Shown here: piece after piece, positions 48,300-61,402 of the stretch
Layout: each line of letters begins with the position of its first letter
How positions within the stretch are numbered: position 1 is the first letter of the stretch
DNA from: Selaginella moellendorffii
Lineage: Eukaryota > Plantae > Lycopodiophyta
Assembly (NCBI RefSeq): GCF_000143415.4
Contig: NW_003314267.1
Location: 2,831,839-2,895,838, forward strand
Direction: 5' to 3'
Length of the DNA stretch: 64,000 bases
Notes under the pieces: generated by a model
Told to the model about the DNA's origin: nothing
The model's input: only the letters and a program-made list of their open reading frames with translations
The model's database searches: none
Position numbers and translations under genes: made by a program

Positions 48300-50010
48300 G
48301 TGTGAACACTATTAGAAATCCACGATAAAACCTGCAAAAATACTCTTTCTTATAGCAAAAAAGAGAGAAGAAAAGAGAAAGAAGTCTAAGTGAAACCAAC
48401 CAACCTCCGAGATTTCATTGGCACCACTGTATGGAGCAATAAGCATCAAGGCTAAATCTTGCTCCTCATCATCCAAATGCCACCAGGTATTGATTCTCTT
48501 CACCACCGGCTTTTGACAGTTTGGATCTCTTCTAAAATGTATCATCAAAATCCTTGCCACGTCTTGCTCTTGGTACTGCCTCCACCCACAAGTCTCATGG
48601 ACGGGTCAGAACCGAGGCAGTAATAGCAAAATTTCTGCACAAGAGCGAGGATTAATTAACCAGAGAGCTATATAAGTATCCACCTTTTGCATTTCGCTGT
48701 CAAGCCATGATAGGCTCAAACGCTTGTCTTTGTATGCACTGTCAGCAGCAAAATTGTGGCTATCAATGTCTTCACTTACGAGCTCATCTTGCACGATCCT
48801 CATCGTCTAATATGAGAAACTCGTCAGCTAGAAACAATAGGAAAGAAAAATCTTACACTGTGGAGTTGATCAAGCTGAAAACCAGGCCTTCCAGCAACCA
48901 CATTGCAGTACCATGTTTCTACATCTTTTCCATCTGCGGAGAAGTCTGCGGGATCACATCCAAGTTTGGAACCGTGATGCTTTGCAGCTGAGGAAGAAAT
49001 AAAAGCAGGCACATCAAATTGCAATTCAAAAGATAGCAAAAGGAGGAAGAGCCTACGTAGTACTTACCATATATTCTTCCACAGTTTCCATGAAGGAGTC
49101 ACGGGTCAATTTACCTGCAAAGGGAAAGAAATCATCTCAAAGCTGCCGAAAAGAAGATTCTTACCATAAACAATTATGAGCTGGACACCTGGGTCTTTGA
49201 TGAAAACTACTGCCGGTGCCACCTCTAATCCAAGCCTGCTTCACACGCAAAAGCATGAATCAATTCACGTGATTATCACTAAAACTACCGGCTTTTCCAA
49301 ATCGAACCTCCCTCTTGCCTCCACAAAACACATCCGAAAGACGTCAACTCGGAGTACTTCTTGGCCGCTTCTCTTACAAATGGAAGTGCATGCTCTCCTG
49401 TGTCAGAAAAAAGAATAACTTTCACCTAAAAAGAAGTGCAAAAGAGAGAGATTTTGATTAGCATCGTAGGATTTTGTTTATGTTACTATACCAGCACCTT
49501 ATGCGGTCCAGATTTTTGAATGAACTTGGGTATCTGTGTGACTTTAGTCAGTACTTGTTTTAGAATTTAGTGAAAATTGTGGCTACCAAGTTCTGAGAAG
49601 AATAATAACGAATGCGAGGAAGATCGAGAAGCAGCGTTGCTGTCCCAGTCCAGTATAGAATCGTAGCTGAGGCCTTTGGAGTACCTACAGTGTTCGTCAG
49701 GAAAAGCGGAACAAGGCTTCATGAATTTACCGAATCAGGCATTTTAATTTCCTACACCCCAGTGGCTTGGCAACAAGAGATGGAATCTCTGAAGAAAAAA
49801 ATGAAAGAAAATGAAAGCAAATAGGAGGTTTACGTGTTTACCATGGCGTCTGATCCACCTCTTTCCTGCCAAGAGCTTTGCGAGTTGAACTTCTCCTAGT
49901 TCGACTCTCAAAAGATTAACTTGGCCTTCGAGAACTTCCGCTGAAACCACGAACAGCATGGCTGGAAAAAACACGAACACGCAAAGCATTACCCAGCCTT
50001 TCCCACACTG
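48300..50010 (-). pseudogene. DnaJ/thioredoxin-fold (DNAJC16-like) internal exons
   Basis: EVLEGQVNLLRVELGEVQLAKLLA; KLGCDPADFSADGKDVETWYCNVVAGRPG; KRLSLSWLDSEMQK; no J domain seen. Confidence 0.65.
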
Positions 50011-50019
50011 GTGAGATCA

Positions 50020-50670
50020 CAAACTTGGAAACGCAAATGAATTCGCGAGTTTAAAACCAGCACAATGTATGTACCTGTGTCCATAATATAAACGTCGTTT
50101 AGATAGGCATTACCAGCATCCTCGCCACCCATGACAACGAAACAGTTCTTATAAAAAGAGCAGGTATGGCTATCCTGAGGAATAGGCGAGACTCCAGTGG
50201 TAGAAATCTTCTTCCAGACAAAAGTATCTACAGGGAAAAAAAAAAAGTTTAGAAGAAAACAAGGAAAGATAACAGGATATTACTCGTGTTCAAAACATGG
50301 AGGTCGTTGTAGTACTACTCCTCTGAGGGATCACTGGATTTCCCACATCCCCCAAACACAAACAGGTTGTCACTGATGAGAGACGTGCTATGTCCTTCTC
50401 TCGGAGCAGGAACATCACCAAAAACGTCAGGTTTCCCCCAGGTGTTGGTAGCTGCATCAGGTGATAAGAACAAGAAAAAAAAATTGATAGAACTCGGAGC
50501 TTACTAGTATCCAAAACAAAGAGATCGTTGAGCGGGCTGGTTCCATCGGTACCACCAAACACATAGAGCTTAGACCCGACGGCCGTTGAGCTGTGGCTGT
50601 CTTGAGGAGAAGGGTGCGTTCCTTTCATCACAGGCTTGCTCCAGGTGTACGTCCCTGCGCAATCCCACCA
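50020..50670 (-). pseudogene. Second kelch-repeat fragment (paralog of 40120-40735)
   Basis: Nucleotide colinearity including introns; fused directly to the DnaJ-like fragment. Confidence 0.85.
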
Positions 50671-51017
50671 GAAGAGTGAAGAACCGATGACAACGTGAAT
50701 CCCCTCGTAATCCAATCTGCAAAGCATACATAAGCAAAGCATTCCCTCCCAGTCGATGGAGCGGTTGCAAATCTAGATTTGAAACAGTGCCTCCCATATT
50801 GCCATCTTGGCCGTCGATATCAATCGTCACAGATTTGGATAGTCGGATTAATAGTATCTACCATAAGTAAAATTGAATATTCTAAAAATGGAATATGTGA
50901 CGCCGATGCCAAAATAGCAACTTTAAATAAAGAGTTTGATGATTGTGATTTTATGAATATTTAGGGCAAGTCAAACGGCGCGCCATCTTATTATTTTTCT
51001 GTTGCGTGCATTTCAGG

Positions 51018-54000
51018 ATGAAGGTGACGACAACTCCAGCGCAGGAGTTGGCGCTCTCGAATTGTGCTTATTGCTCTGCTGCAGAAATTGCCAAATTCTT
51101 GCTACCAGGGAGAGACTATGGCTGGGCACTCATTGGCTCAAACATGGTTCTCAATGTGAAATATCCTTCTGATTAACCACGTTTTATCAGTTTTTCTTGA
51201 CGTGTCATATAATACAGCTCATGAAAGCATACAAGAAGGCCAGATTGCGCTCAACGCAATCCAACGACGGAATGCAAAAGTTTCATCCGGGGATGAAATT
51301 TCTGTAGCCAAGTAAGAATCAAGCTCTTCCAGTTCAATAACTCTAATGCATATCCTAGATTTCTCGCCCCAGACAAGGGCTTTAAGCTCGTCGTGGTAAA
51401 TCTTGAGCTAGAGTTTGTGAAGGCGAAGGGTAAAAGTGAACAGGTTTTTCCTGTCCCTTTTCTGGTTTTCGACCTGGCTTACAAATGTAAATAAAATGCG
51501 CAGCTTGATGCTCAGACTCTGGGACAAGAGCTTCAACGACGGTTTGTCTCACAGGTCAGTGTCGAGAGTCTTTTCTTAGCTTGAGCAAGGTGAGGAAAAT
51601 GACATTGCGTTCGTAAAGGTCTTCACTGTCGGCCAGAAAGCAACGTTCGAATACTGTGGTATCAATTACGTTTTTAATGTCTCACATACTTTGGTGGAGG
51701 GGCAAAAAGAAAACGACACCAACGTAATACGTGGAATGCTTAGCCCTGAGACAGCGTTTCTGTTTGAGACAAATCCTGGCTCAGGAATCAAGGTAATGCA
51801 AGTTTAAAATTAGTGGTCCTTATCTAAGAAGTTTTTAGATTGTCAACCAACGTGGTGGAACAACTAGTAATATCTTCAAACAAAAAGACCTGAATTTTCA
51901 GAAGCTGGGGATTGGTGGTTTGGACTTACAATTCCAGGACATCTTTCGTCGAGCTTTCGCATCTAGGGTTTTTCCACCTCATGTAGTCAGCAGGTATACT
52001 CTATATCCGCGAAGTTTAACTTGAACTTGCTCACATGTAAAGGTTGGGAATCTCTCATGTAAAGGGATTGCTGCTTTTTGGCCCTCCTGGTACTGGGAAG
52101 ACATTGATTGCTCGGCAGATCGGGAAAATGTTAAATGGGCGTGAGCCAAAGGTAAATCATGTTCCACATTCTTCGTGGATAGCATATCGTACTGTTTTTT
52201 TTCGCTAAGGTTGTCAATGGACCTGAAGTTCTCAGCAAGTTTGTTGGAGAGACAGAGAAAAACATTCGGGACCTTTTTTCTGACGCTGAAAACGACAAAG
52301 AATGCATGGTTGTGCCGTCTGGAGATTAGAGCTATAATGAAGCCTTTATCTCTATTCTGCAGGTGACCATAGCGAGCTTCATATTATTATATTTGATGAA
52401 CTTGATGCAATATGCAAGGTACATATTTCTCCAGACATTAGGGCATATTTATCTGTTTCAGCAGCTTTTGTTTTTGGCAGGCAAGGGGTACGACCAGAGA
52501 CAGTACAGGGGTCCATGACGGGATTGTCAATCAGTTGCTTACAAAGGTTGGTTCATAGATTATTTCTCCCAGTTGTTTTTGAAACCTTCTATAGATTCCT
52601 GGCGTCGATTCACTCAACAATATACTCCTCATTGGAATGACCAACCGGAAAGATTTGCTGGACGAAGCATTGCTAAGGTCGTATAGATTATGGTGTTTTA
52701 TAACTAATATTTAAACCAGACCAGGGCGTCTTGAGGTGCAAATAGAAATCGGGCTGCCTGACGAGAAAGGGAGACTTCAGATTCTTCGAATCCATTCAAC
52801 TCAGATGAAAGAACACTCATTTTTGGCTTCTGATGTGAACTTGGAGGAGCTTGGTAAGGAATCACTTCAACAAAACTAGAATTACTTGTGTCTTTACAGC
52901 TACACGAACAAAGAATTTTAGTGGTGCGGAACTAGAAGGTCTGGTTAAAAGTGCAGTATCGTTTGGTCTTAATCGACAAGTCAATGTGGAAGACTTATCG
53001 CAACCAATTGATGAAGAAAATATCAAAGTGACAATGAACGATTTTCTTCAGGCACTACATGAAGTCAAACCTGCTTTTGGCGCCGCTATAAACACTTTGG
53101 AGATGTACAGGTGCAGTTTCTGCCTTGAAAAGCAAATAATAAATCCTTATTTCCATTTTCAGGACAAACGGCATGATGAATTGTGGAGATAGACACAGAC
53201 ATATAAGGGAGACTGCGATGACGCTTGTAGAACAGGTGAAGAGTAGTGAGCGCACATCATTGCTTACTTTCCTTCTTGAAGGACCTAGTGGAAGGTACTG
53301 TTCTGTCATTCTTTTGATTTTGCATCACAACTTTTTCAGTGGCAAGACGGCTCTCGCGTCAACAGTTGCAATTGACAGTGATTTTCCATACATGAAGATT
53401 GTATAAACTTTCGAGCATAGTGCATATTTTAATTGGTATTTCTAATTTATCAGGTTACATGTGAAAACATGGTTGGACTGACGGAGGCCACCAAGTGTGG
53501 ATTGATCACTAAGGTGAGAAATTTTCTTATATTTAATATTACAATTTTTAATCTATAGCTCTATTCGACAGGTTTTCGAAGATGCTTATAAGTCACCATT
53601 GAGCATTATTATTTTAGACGAAATTGAAAGGTAAACATTTAAAATATGTAGGTAGATACCATTTATTATGCAGGTTGCTTGAATATGTGAACATTGGCCC
53701 ACGTTCTCCAACGTCATACTTCAAACACTATTTGTTCTCATAAAAAAGTTACCGCCCAAGGTTGATGCCTTGTCATGCTGAAGCTGTTTTTTAATTGAGC
53801 ATTATTCATTTAGGGTAAGAAGTTGATGGTTATTGGAACTTCAAGTATGGTTCATGTACTTCAGTCTATGGATCTTGTGGGTGCATTCAATGTGACTTTA
53901 AATGCTCCAAACCTCGAACCCAATGACGTGAAAAAGGTACAATTACCCTAAGTAGCCCAGTGGCAACCCAAAGGCTTTTTCAGGTCTTGCAAGAAATTCG

Positions 54001-54237
54001 TGTGTTCGCTCCTCAAGACATTGATACAGCCGTGCGAGCTTTAGACCAAGAGGTGCCTCATTTAAGCAGTTTCATATACCAAACTCTTGTCTTCTACAGA
54101 TACCGATCAAACGATTATTGATGCTGGTAGAAATGGCTGCACAAGGGAAAGGGGGTGAAGGAGCTGCAGATGTTTATGCTGGTAAAAAGAAGATTGACAT
54201 TAACCACTTCTTTGAGTGCCTTCATGACCTTGCATGA
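51018..54237 (+). pseudogene. NSF: Vesicle-fusing ATPase NSF, 21 exons; full length but with two 1-nt frameshifts (young pseudogene or sequence errors)
   Basis: MKVTTTPAQELALSNCAYCS; [24 protein letters not shown]; GPPGTGKT; IIFDELDAICK; [11 protein letters not shown]; LEGPSGSGKT; stop TGA at 54235-54237; phase breaks near 52297 and 53703. Confidence 0.9.
51161..51215 (+). other. U12-type AT-AC intron in NSF
   Basis: 5' site ATATCCTT, branch site TTCTTGAC at 51194-51201, 3' AC; removal gives in-frame LNVK-AHESIQEGQIALNAIQRR. Confidence 0.9.
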
Positions 54238-55094
54238 AGGAGCTACCCACCTTGCTTGTACTTGTCGTAGAACTTTCTCTTCTTTTTTTTTTCCTGGTCG
54301 TGAATTAAAATACCAAGCTCACAAAGTAAATTGACATAGATGAGTAAGAAATTCCTTCTTGTTGAGTCTGATGTTAAACATTCCATTTAACATGTTTTTC
54401 TAGAAGTATTCTTAAAACAAGTACGACCATACTTACTGCCATCTTCAGGATTTGTTAGATAAGAAACTATCGATGACTGAGGATTAGCACTCACAAACGC
54501 ATGAGAGTTTGACTTAGAAAAACTTTAGCCAACTCACTGGGTTCTTTGGGAACTTCGAAGACAATGTCAATTTTGGCTCAAATGACAGGCCCATGGCTGG
54601 CAGAACGTCTGCAACCTTTTCATGTTTTATGACAGAGGAAGCGAGTGGAAAAACAGTAAGAGAGATAATGGGAAAGAGCTGGAGGAAGAGTTTAGATTGT
54701 TTCAGTTTATAATTTTATCCACATATAGTTGAGATATTCTAATTCCTTTGACAGTTATGCTGAATGGTTTGTATGGAGAGAGATAAATGTCCAGGTCAAT
54801 TATATTATATAAAGACATAAGTTGTAACTCATCAGGTGGTTGGTCATGACTCTCCTGTTGAATTTCCAAAACAATTAACTTCCACATACATCCCTACCTT
54901 TTGGCATTCTGGCTTTTGGAATTTAAACCATAAAATTTCTTCCCTTTTTTTATTGAATCTTCCTTTGAATCTAGTTCTGACCAGAGCACACTTACATACG
55001 TGTTATGGTAATCCCTTCCTTTTGAGGTGTGTTACATTTAATCCAAATTTGGTTCTGATCTTGTGCATCCACCCTCCTTTGATCAGTGTGATGA

Positions 55095-55410
55095 CTAGCA
55101 GGGATCCCAGCTCCACTGGGATAGTTGATTTAATAATTCCTCTAGAATTTTCATTATCTTATAGATCAGTTCCTTGGTTGGAAATCCTACGATTTCTTAT
55201 GCAGCCAGCCTCTTGAAATGCAACAGCCCACATGCTGCTGGTTTCCTTTATGCACATCTTTAGAGCATACTTGAACTCCACCTGTGTTGTCTCAAGATTG
55301 CAAGAGCTGCAATAACCAGACATCTGCTGTTCGGGTAGTCTTTTTGCCACATCACTCCCCTGTTTACAGACTGATAGCCATTGTGAAGGAAATGAAGACA
55401 GATGAATTTT
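55095..55410 (-). mobile_element. Helitron 3' end (H4) with RPA70 C-terminal-like fragment
   Basis: CTAG at 55095-55098 plus hairpin ATCCCAG-ctcca-CTGGGAT; CGKKTTRTADVW(fs)YCSSCNLETTQVEFKYALKMCIKETSSMWAVAFQEA. Confidence 0.75.
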
Positions 55411-58400
55411 GCTACAGTTGGTTAGCTATGCCTAACCTACCCACTATCCTTACTATACACTTGGAATCCCCTATATGCAACCCCCCACCACCCTTGAGAA
55501 ACACATGCTTTGGGCTTTCACTCTTAGCCACCTTTAATACTAGGAATTAGTTTCTAGGACTAACTTGAAACTTCCTAAATATGAAATGATGCTAAATTGT
55601 GAATTTGGCATGAGATGGACACCATTGTATTACGGACAATCTTTACATTCTGTAGATATGCCAAATTAGCAAATCTAGACTCTTTCCATAAATAACATTT
55701 GAGATTGAAATGAGACTAATACAAAAGGCATGATAGCAAGGGTGTTTGGTAGACACAGTAAGCTATCATTTAGCAAATTTTGAGAGATCAAGCTTAATAT
55801 TGCAGGGGTTCTTGATATTAACAAGTGCAAGCTAATGACACAAGTTTATCAAACCAGGCTGAGTATGCTCAGCAAGAAACACATAAAGTTCCTACCTTAT
55901 GTCTAAAATCCTTGCTTCTCTGTGTCTAGCAACTCGATCTCTGGATTGAAGCATCTCATCGCCACGAGTCAATTAGTAGCCTAGACAAGGACGACGGCTT
56001 CTTCGACGGATCTTGCAGGGAGAGTGTGGCGTCAGCCATGGGGTTTTGTATCCAATTTAAGTGCATGAGCATTAATTAGTATCTTAACTAGCTCAAGTGG
56101 GAATTGATAAAGGATCTAGCAATACTAACCTCTTGCCACAGGAAGGAATATCCGAAAGGACTACCTAACAAGTAACTTTTGATACCCGCAATCACATTCG
56201 CGACACTCTCCCCCCTTAGGGAAGATTGATGTCTTCGTCAATGCATATGCTAGTTTAGACCACCGGCAAGGAAACAACTCTAAAAAAAGTTCATAATGAT
56301 CACACTATGTAAAAAATGCACTAACTTAAGTGAGTTAAGGTAACTTCTTTGCCTAATATGGATGCACTACTAACTTAGACACTTTTTGGCTATTGCCAAA
56401 AAAGAAATGACTAATAAAGTTAGCCACCCTTGCTACTCTAGATGTCACCCAACTTACAAAAGTGCAATATACCCCTGCATGTGGGGATATAGAGAGAGAA
56501 GCCAAACACCCCAACCCTCATAAGCAAAGAAACCAAACTTGCTGGTAAGGTTTAGATAGACTATTGTAATTAGGCAGTTAGAGTTATTTACACAGTCACA
56601 CCCTTTACCGAAATAAGGAATATAGACAGAGAGGCAGGTGATGTGACTAATTGACAATAGCTACCCCATGATTAGAGTTTTCATTATGCACATGAAGTGC
56701 TGAAGCTAGTCTGCTTATACTAGCCCAAACCCAAAGATCAATAGATGGACAATATCAAAGTCATATACAATTATATTTTAGAGACTTAATTATCAGTGAA
56801 TAAATATTAGATTAGAACATAAAAGTATTCTAAATAAGTTATCATCTGATAAACTAGTATTAGAGTACAGAAACCACGAAGATCGCTATAGTTAGAAAAC
56901 ATATAATTCATCATCCAGCAAAATTCAGTAGCAAGTGTATCATTGAGAAAATTTAATAATAAAGCTTAACTACCAAAAATTGTAGACAGTATACTAAACA
57001 ACTTACAAAAAACAAGTAAAAAGAAAGTATTATTGATAAATAAGTAAAATGCTTTTGAATGTATCATCTGGAGGAAATAACATCCAACCTATTAAAACCA
57101 ATTGTAACAATAATCAACAAAATAAAATAAATGTTGCAAAGTAAACAAACACTCGTTCATACATATTGTTGCACTAGCCAATTTGAATAAATCTTAGTCA
57201 ATAATACCAAAAAATTCAAATTTCTTAAGCAAGCATCAATAACATCTTACCAATGTCTCAAACTCAAAAGACCAATCCAGAATAAACCACAAAGAACATG
57301 TGGTAATGCAAAAAACCAAAAGCTATCAAAGAGAATAACTAATTATCATGAAAGATCATCAATTATCCTATTAATAAAGAGATGCAAAATATTGCTGAGA
57401 AAGAATTCACCATTCCAAAGAATGGAAATCATTCTATATCAACAATAATCAAGCAAAACTTTTGATAAAGATAATCATCTATCCTAGATAATAGTCAATC
57501 ATTACTAATGATTGCTAGATGCAAATAGTAACTTCAACATCAAAGCTAATGAATCAAAATACCTTCCTTAACAACCTTTAATAAATGGAACAATGAGTAT
57601 AAAACTCAAAAAACTAGAAGCTCAAAGAAGCATATAACCAGGTCTTGTTTAACAATGATTACTAGTCTCGCATGAACTAATTTCAATACTAAAAAAGAAA
57701 TCATGGTATAACCCATAATATCCTTCTCAACACATTCAGAAGTTAGACTTTATAATGCCAAAGCTAATGAAGAGCATTTTTATATCAATCCAAAATCCAA
57801 ACACAACAAAGTTATGCTCAACAAGTGACCATCAAACCAACTATACATAATAAAACATAACTCACTTCATAACAAGCATAAGAAGAATTATCAATGATTA
57901 ATATATCCTCAACTCAAATTTAACAAGGAACCAATATTTCCAATATCGATTACTAAACTCTTCCTGTCGTAAAATTAGCATAGATCACAACTGAATCACT
58001 TTAGAAGGAAAAGCCAAAACTCAACCCCTACTAAATAATCTCATCTCGAACACAACTAACTCAAACTTGCCACTCAGTTTGTTTGAACGTTAATAAAATT
58101 GCTAACTAGCAAATGCATGAATGCCAAAAACACAAAACTACAGCCAAACCATCAACACTATTTGCATCGAGACTAATGAAATGCAATATTAATTTTATGG
58201 AGAAATATTTCATTTCATTTGAATCCCAACATCAATAATATCATCGATAGAGTATTGCTTGAATACTATCAACATTAGGATAAAGCTAGAAGAAAGCAAG
58301 AGTGAATCACCACCTAAACTTTTTGGTAACCATGTTAACCAATGTCAAAGATACTGTACTCAGTATCCGAGACTAAACCTTTAGCAAAACTTAATTACAG

Positions 58401-59760
58401 GTAACACATTATTAATGAGTGATTCATCACGTCCAAAACTCAATGAAATCCAACACCATAGACTAAATGCAACCAAATGATATCGATAGAGGTAAAGTTG
58501 ATATGCCAACATGGAAAACTCATGTAAGTTTAACGACACAATCCTCCACAATACCATTTGGTAAAGCAAGCCCATCTCTAATAAATCTTTATTGAGTGAA
58601 ACAAGTGTTCACTATCTTCAACAAAATCAACAAGTAATCACTAGTTGCAAAACAACAACAATCACTCTTTAATTACCTCTCACAAGAGCGAAACACTAAA
58701 CTCATGTAATCGAGTCATATAGTTATCCAACATAGACCTAATACCCCAGATACGAGATAAAGGTTCATAAACAAGTATAAACTAAATGATCACTCAAATC
58801 CAACTCAATTGCAATAAGATTACTAATGAGTTTAGCCAACAACTCTGAGCATGCCTTGAAGAGGCTAGCTATGCATGATCAACACTTACTCAAAACTAAA
58901 GTGAAGATCATAAGATAGACTTATATTGGTACACAACCTCTTCATAAACAAAGCTATAATATAGATACTAACATTTCAATTTCAAACAACTAAGCTAAAC
59001 ATCACCACCAAGATGCAAGGCCACAAAGATTAAGTTAAGATCAGTGAAAGCTCACCACTCTCATAGAGTTTAACAAAGTGGAAAGTGCAACTTGCCACCT
59101 AATATAATGATACAAAAGGAAGGCACAAAGGTCACTTTTCTAGAAAAGCGTAACGGCCAGTTTTTTACACCAACTCTAGAGTCTATCCAACTCAATTGCT
59201 TTACCCTCAAGAAGTTAACATTCCTTTCAAGCTGTATCATACAAACCACATATTAAGGTCTAAGCTAATTGAAGTCAACTCCAACCTTTTCACTAGTTTG
59301 TATTGGCTTCCGAAAATAAAATGGTTTTTAAGCAAAATAATCAATAAATCAACCTTTGAAAAGGCTTAAGAATTTCTTAGAAAAATTTTCTATTCAAGAG
59401 AAAGAATGACTCCCAATCTAAAAATATAAATTCTCAAAACTCAACAAACTTCCTTTTACTAACAACTTCACATAGATTCACCTTAACACAAATTTTCATA
59501 ACTTAATAGTATGTCTAAGCATTGAACACATTTGCCCATATTTTTGAATCCAACACTAAGGTCTGTAAAATGAAAAAATGAATATCCATGACTTGATCAC
59601 AAAGACCATAGTTTTGAATATCCATACTGCACTAACACTCTTTTTTAATAATCTTCAAGATCCAATATGAAGCTAAAACACTAACAAGAAAAATGACATG
59701 GAAAATCAAGCTCTAAGAAAAGAAAACTCCTAATCACTCAACATACCAATGCTATTGCTA
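55410..59760 (+). repeat. Long family-C related repeat (LTR/LARD-like), non-coding
   Basis: Carries the CTATAC..TTGGAA.CCCC...GCTTTGGGCTTTCAC core; both ends have homologs at 15130-16830; the middle part is unverified. Confidence 0.5.
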
Positions 59761-60851
59761 TTATCACAAGTGGGATTGAATATGTGGGATGGATAGCGGT
59801 GAAGTGCTAAACCATTTTATCTAGGCTTGCTATTAAAGACTTAAGTTACAATGCTCAATTCTTTTCCTGGGAACTTTGCTATTCCTTCTTGAGTAACTTG
59901 GTATTGGGTTAATTTTGAGTTTGATCGGAAAGAGAGTAGTATGAGCTTGTTTGTGTTGAGAATAAAAGTTAGTAGTGTTAAGTGTTGTAAATCTTTATCC
60001 GTAGAGTGTGGTATTTATATTGCATTTTGTCAAATTGAGTTGGCACTTGATACTTATATAAACCTTTGTAATAGCAATATGGGTGCAATATGGCAATATT
60101 CACCACTTGTAAAACCATTATAGCTAACATGCATCAAGGTAAGGACTCTCAATTGCATAATGTGAATACAAGCAATAAGTTAATACCTCATTACAAATCA
60201 TCTTTCCAAGAAGAGAAAATGATTTATGTGTTTAATAATACATGAAAGTGATACGTGTTTATCCTTAATAACTCTTTTTTCAGTTTCATCTTTGACTAAA
60301 CCTCAAGCTTGCATTCACACTACGTTCGGTTCAATCCAAGAAAAGTTTATGAGAGAGAATAGCAATGACTACTTGAACCAATAGACTAATCCCTACAGTC
60401 TTGATTGATTCACTTATAATTATGCCTAGGAAAGATCCACTAGTGCCATGCTAAACTGCTATAGACTAGCCTATTCACCACTCTTAGCAAACCCAAGGGA
60501 GGTTTACTTTTACTTATAGTACATGGTTCAACTCATAGTAATGACTAATAGGCAAACATTAATCTTGCCAACCCAAAGTGTAACCTTGAGTTGCTAATGT
60601 GCCTCATATACAAACCCAAGTGCAAACTTGTGCAAACAAAATATTTTAAATCCATCCTATGAGCCCAAACACAAACTCATACAATATTGTACAAAAGGTA
60701 ACTAAAATCCATACCTAAGGAACAAATGCAAAGTTTTAACACCTAAACGTGTACCCATTCAGATCATTGTTTTCATCTTTGTGTATGTAACAAGACTAGT
60801 TGCCCAATCTCATTGGATAGTATTTGCTGAGACTCATCCTCTAATACGAAA

Positions 60852-61402
60852 TGTAGTGCCTATGGTTTTCACCCTTTATCTTATGGTGATTTACCATAGG
60901 ATAACTGCAAAGTGGAACCTAAACCCTCCATATGCCACATATCACATGCCACATGCCATGTGTTCAAGGACAACAGAGAGAAACCCAAGTTTTAGGGCCT
61001 TGGGTCACCAAATGAAAAAATGGAGCCAAACTCCTAAGTATGGAGCCAAGGAGCAAAAGTACTGGAGCATGGAGCAATTCCTTAATGTACAGCCCAAGGA
61101 GTAGAGGGACAGAAGTATAGAGTGACTTGGAATAGTCCTAGAGCATCTAGTATCTCAATGCTAGAATTAACACGTAAAACGGAGCCAAACAGAGTTTAGT
61201 GCTATTTCAGCATACTAGTGGCCTAATGTAAGGATATGGGTATCCACCAACTAGCATGGTGTGGAACTTAGGTTTAAATCCAAGCTAGATGCAAAACAAG
61301 AATAGGCATACAAGCGGAAGCTAAACTATACCTCAGGTTAGTTAGCCATGCCCAATAGACCTATTATCCCTATTATACATTTGGAACCCTCTATAGCCCA
61401 TC
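60852..61402 (+). repeat. Family-C LTR terminal fragment
   Basis: Starts TGTAGTGCC; inverted homolog of 23800-24337. Confidence 0.7.

Larger units (their letters stand above)
41416..50933 (-). mobile_element. Composite Helitron H3 with captured gene fragments
   Basis: 3' CTAG at 41416-41419 plus hairpin CCCAGC-tcc-GCTGGG (41427-41441); AT-rich body; candidate 5' terminus motif at 50903-50933 shared with H1; spans gaps. Confidence 0.6.
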
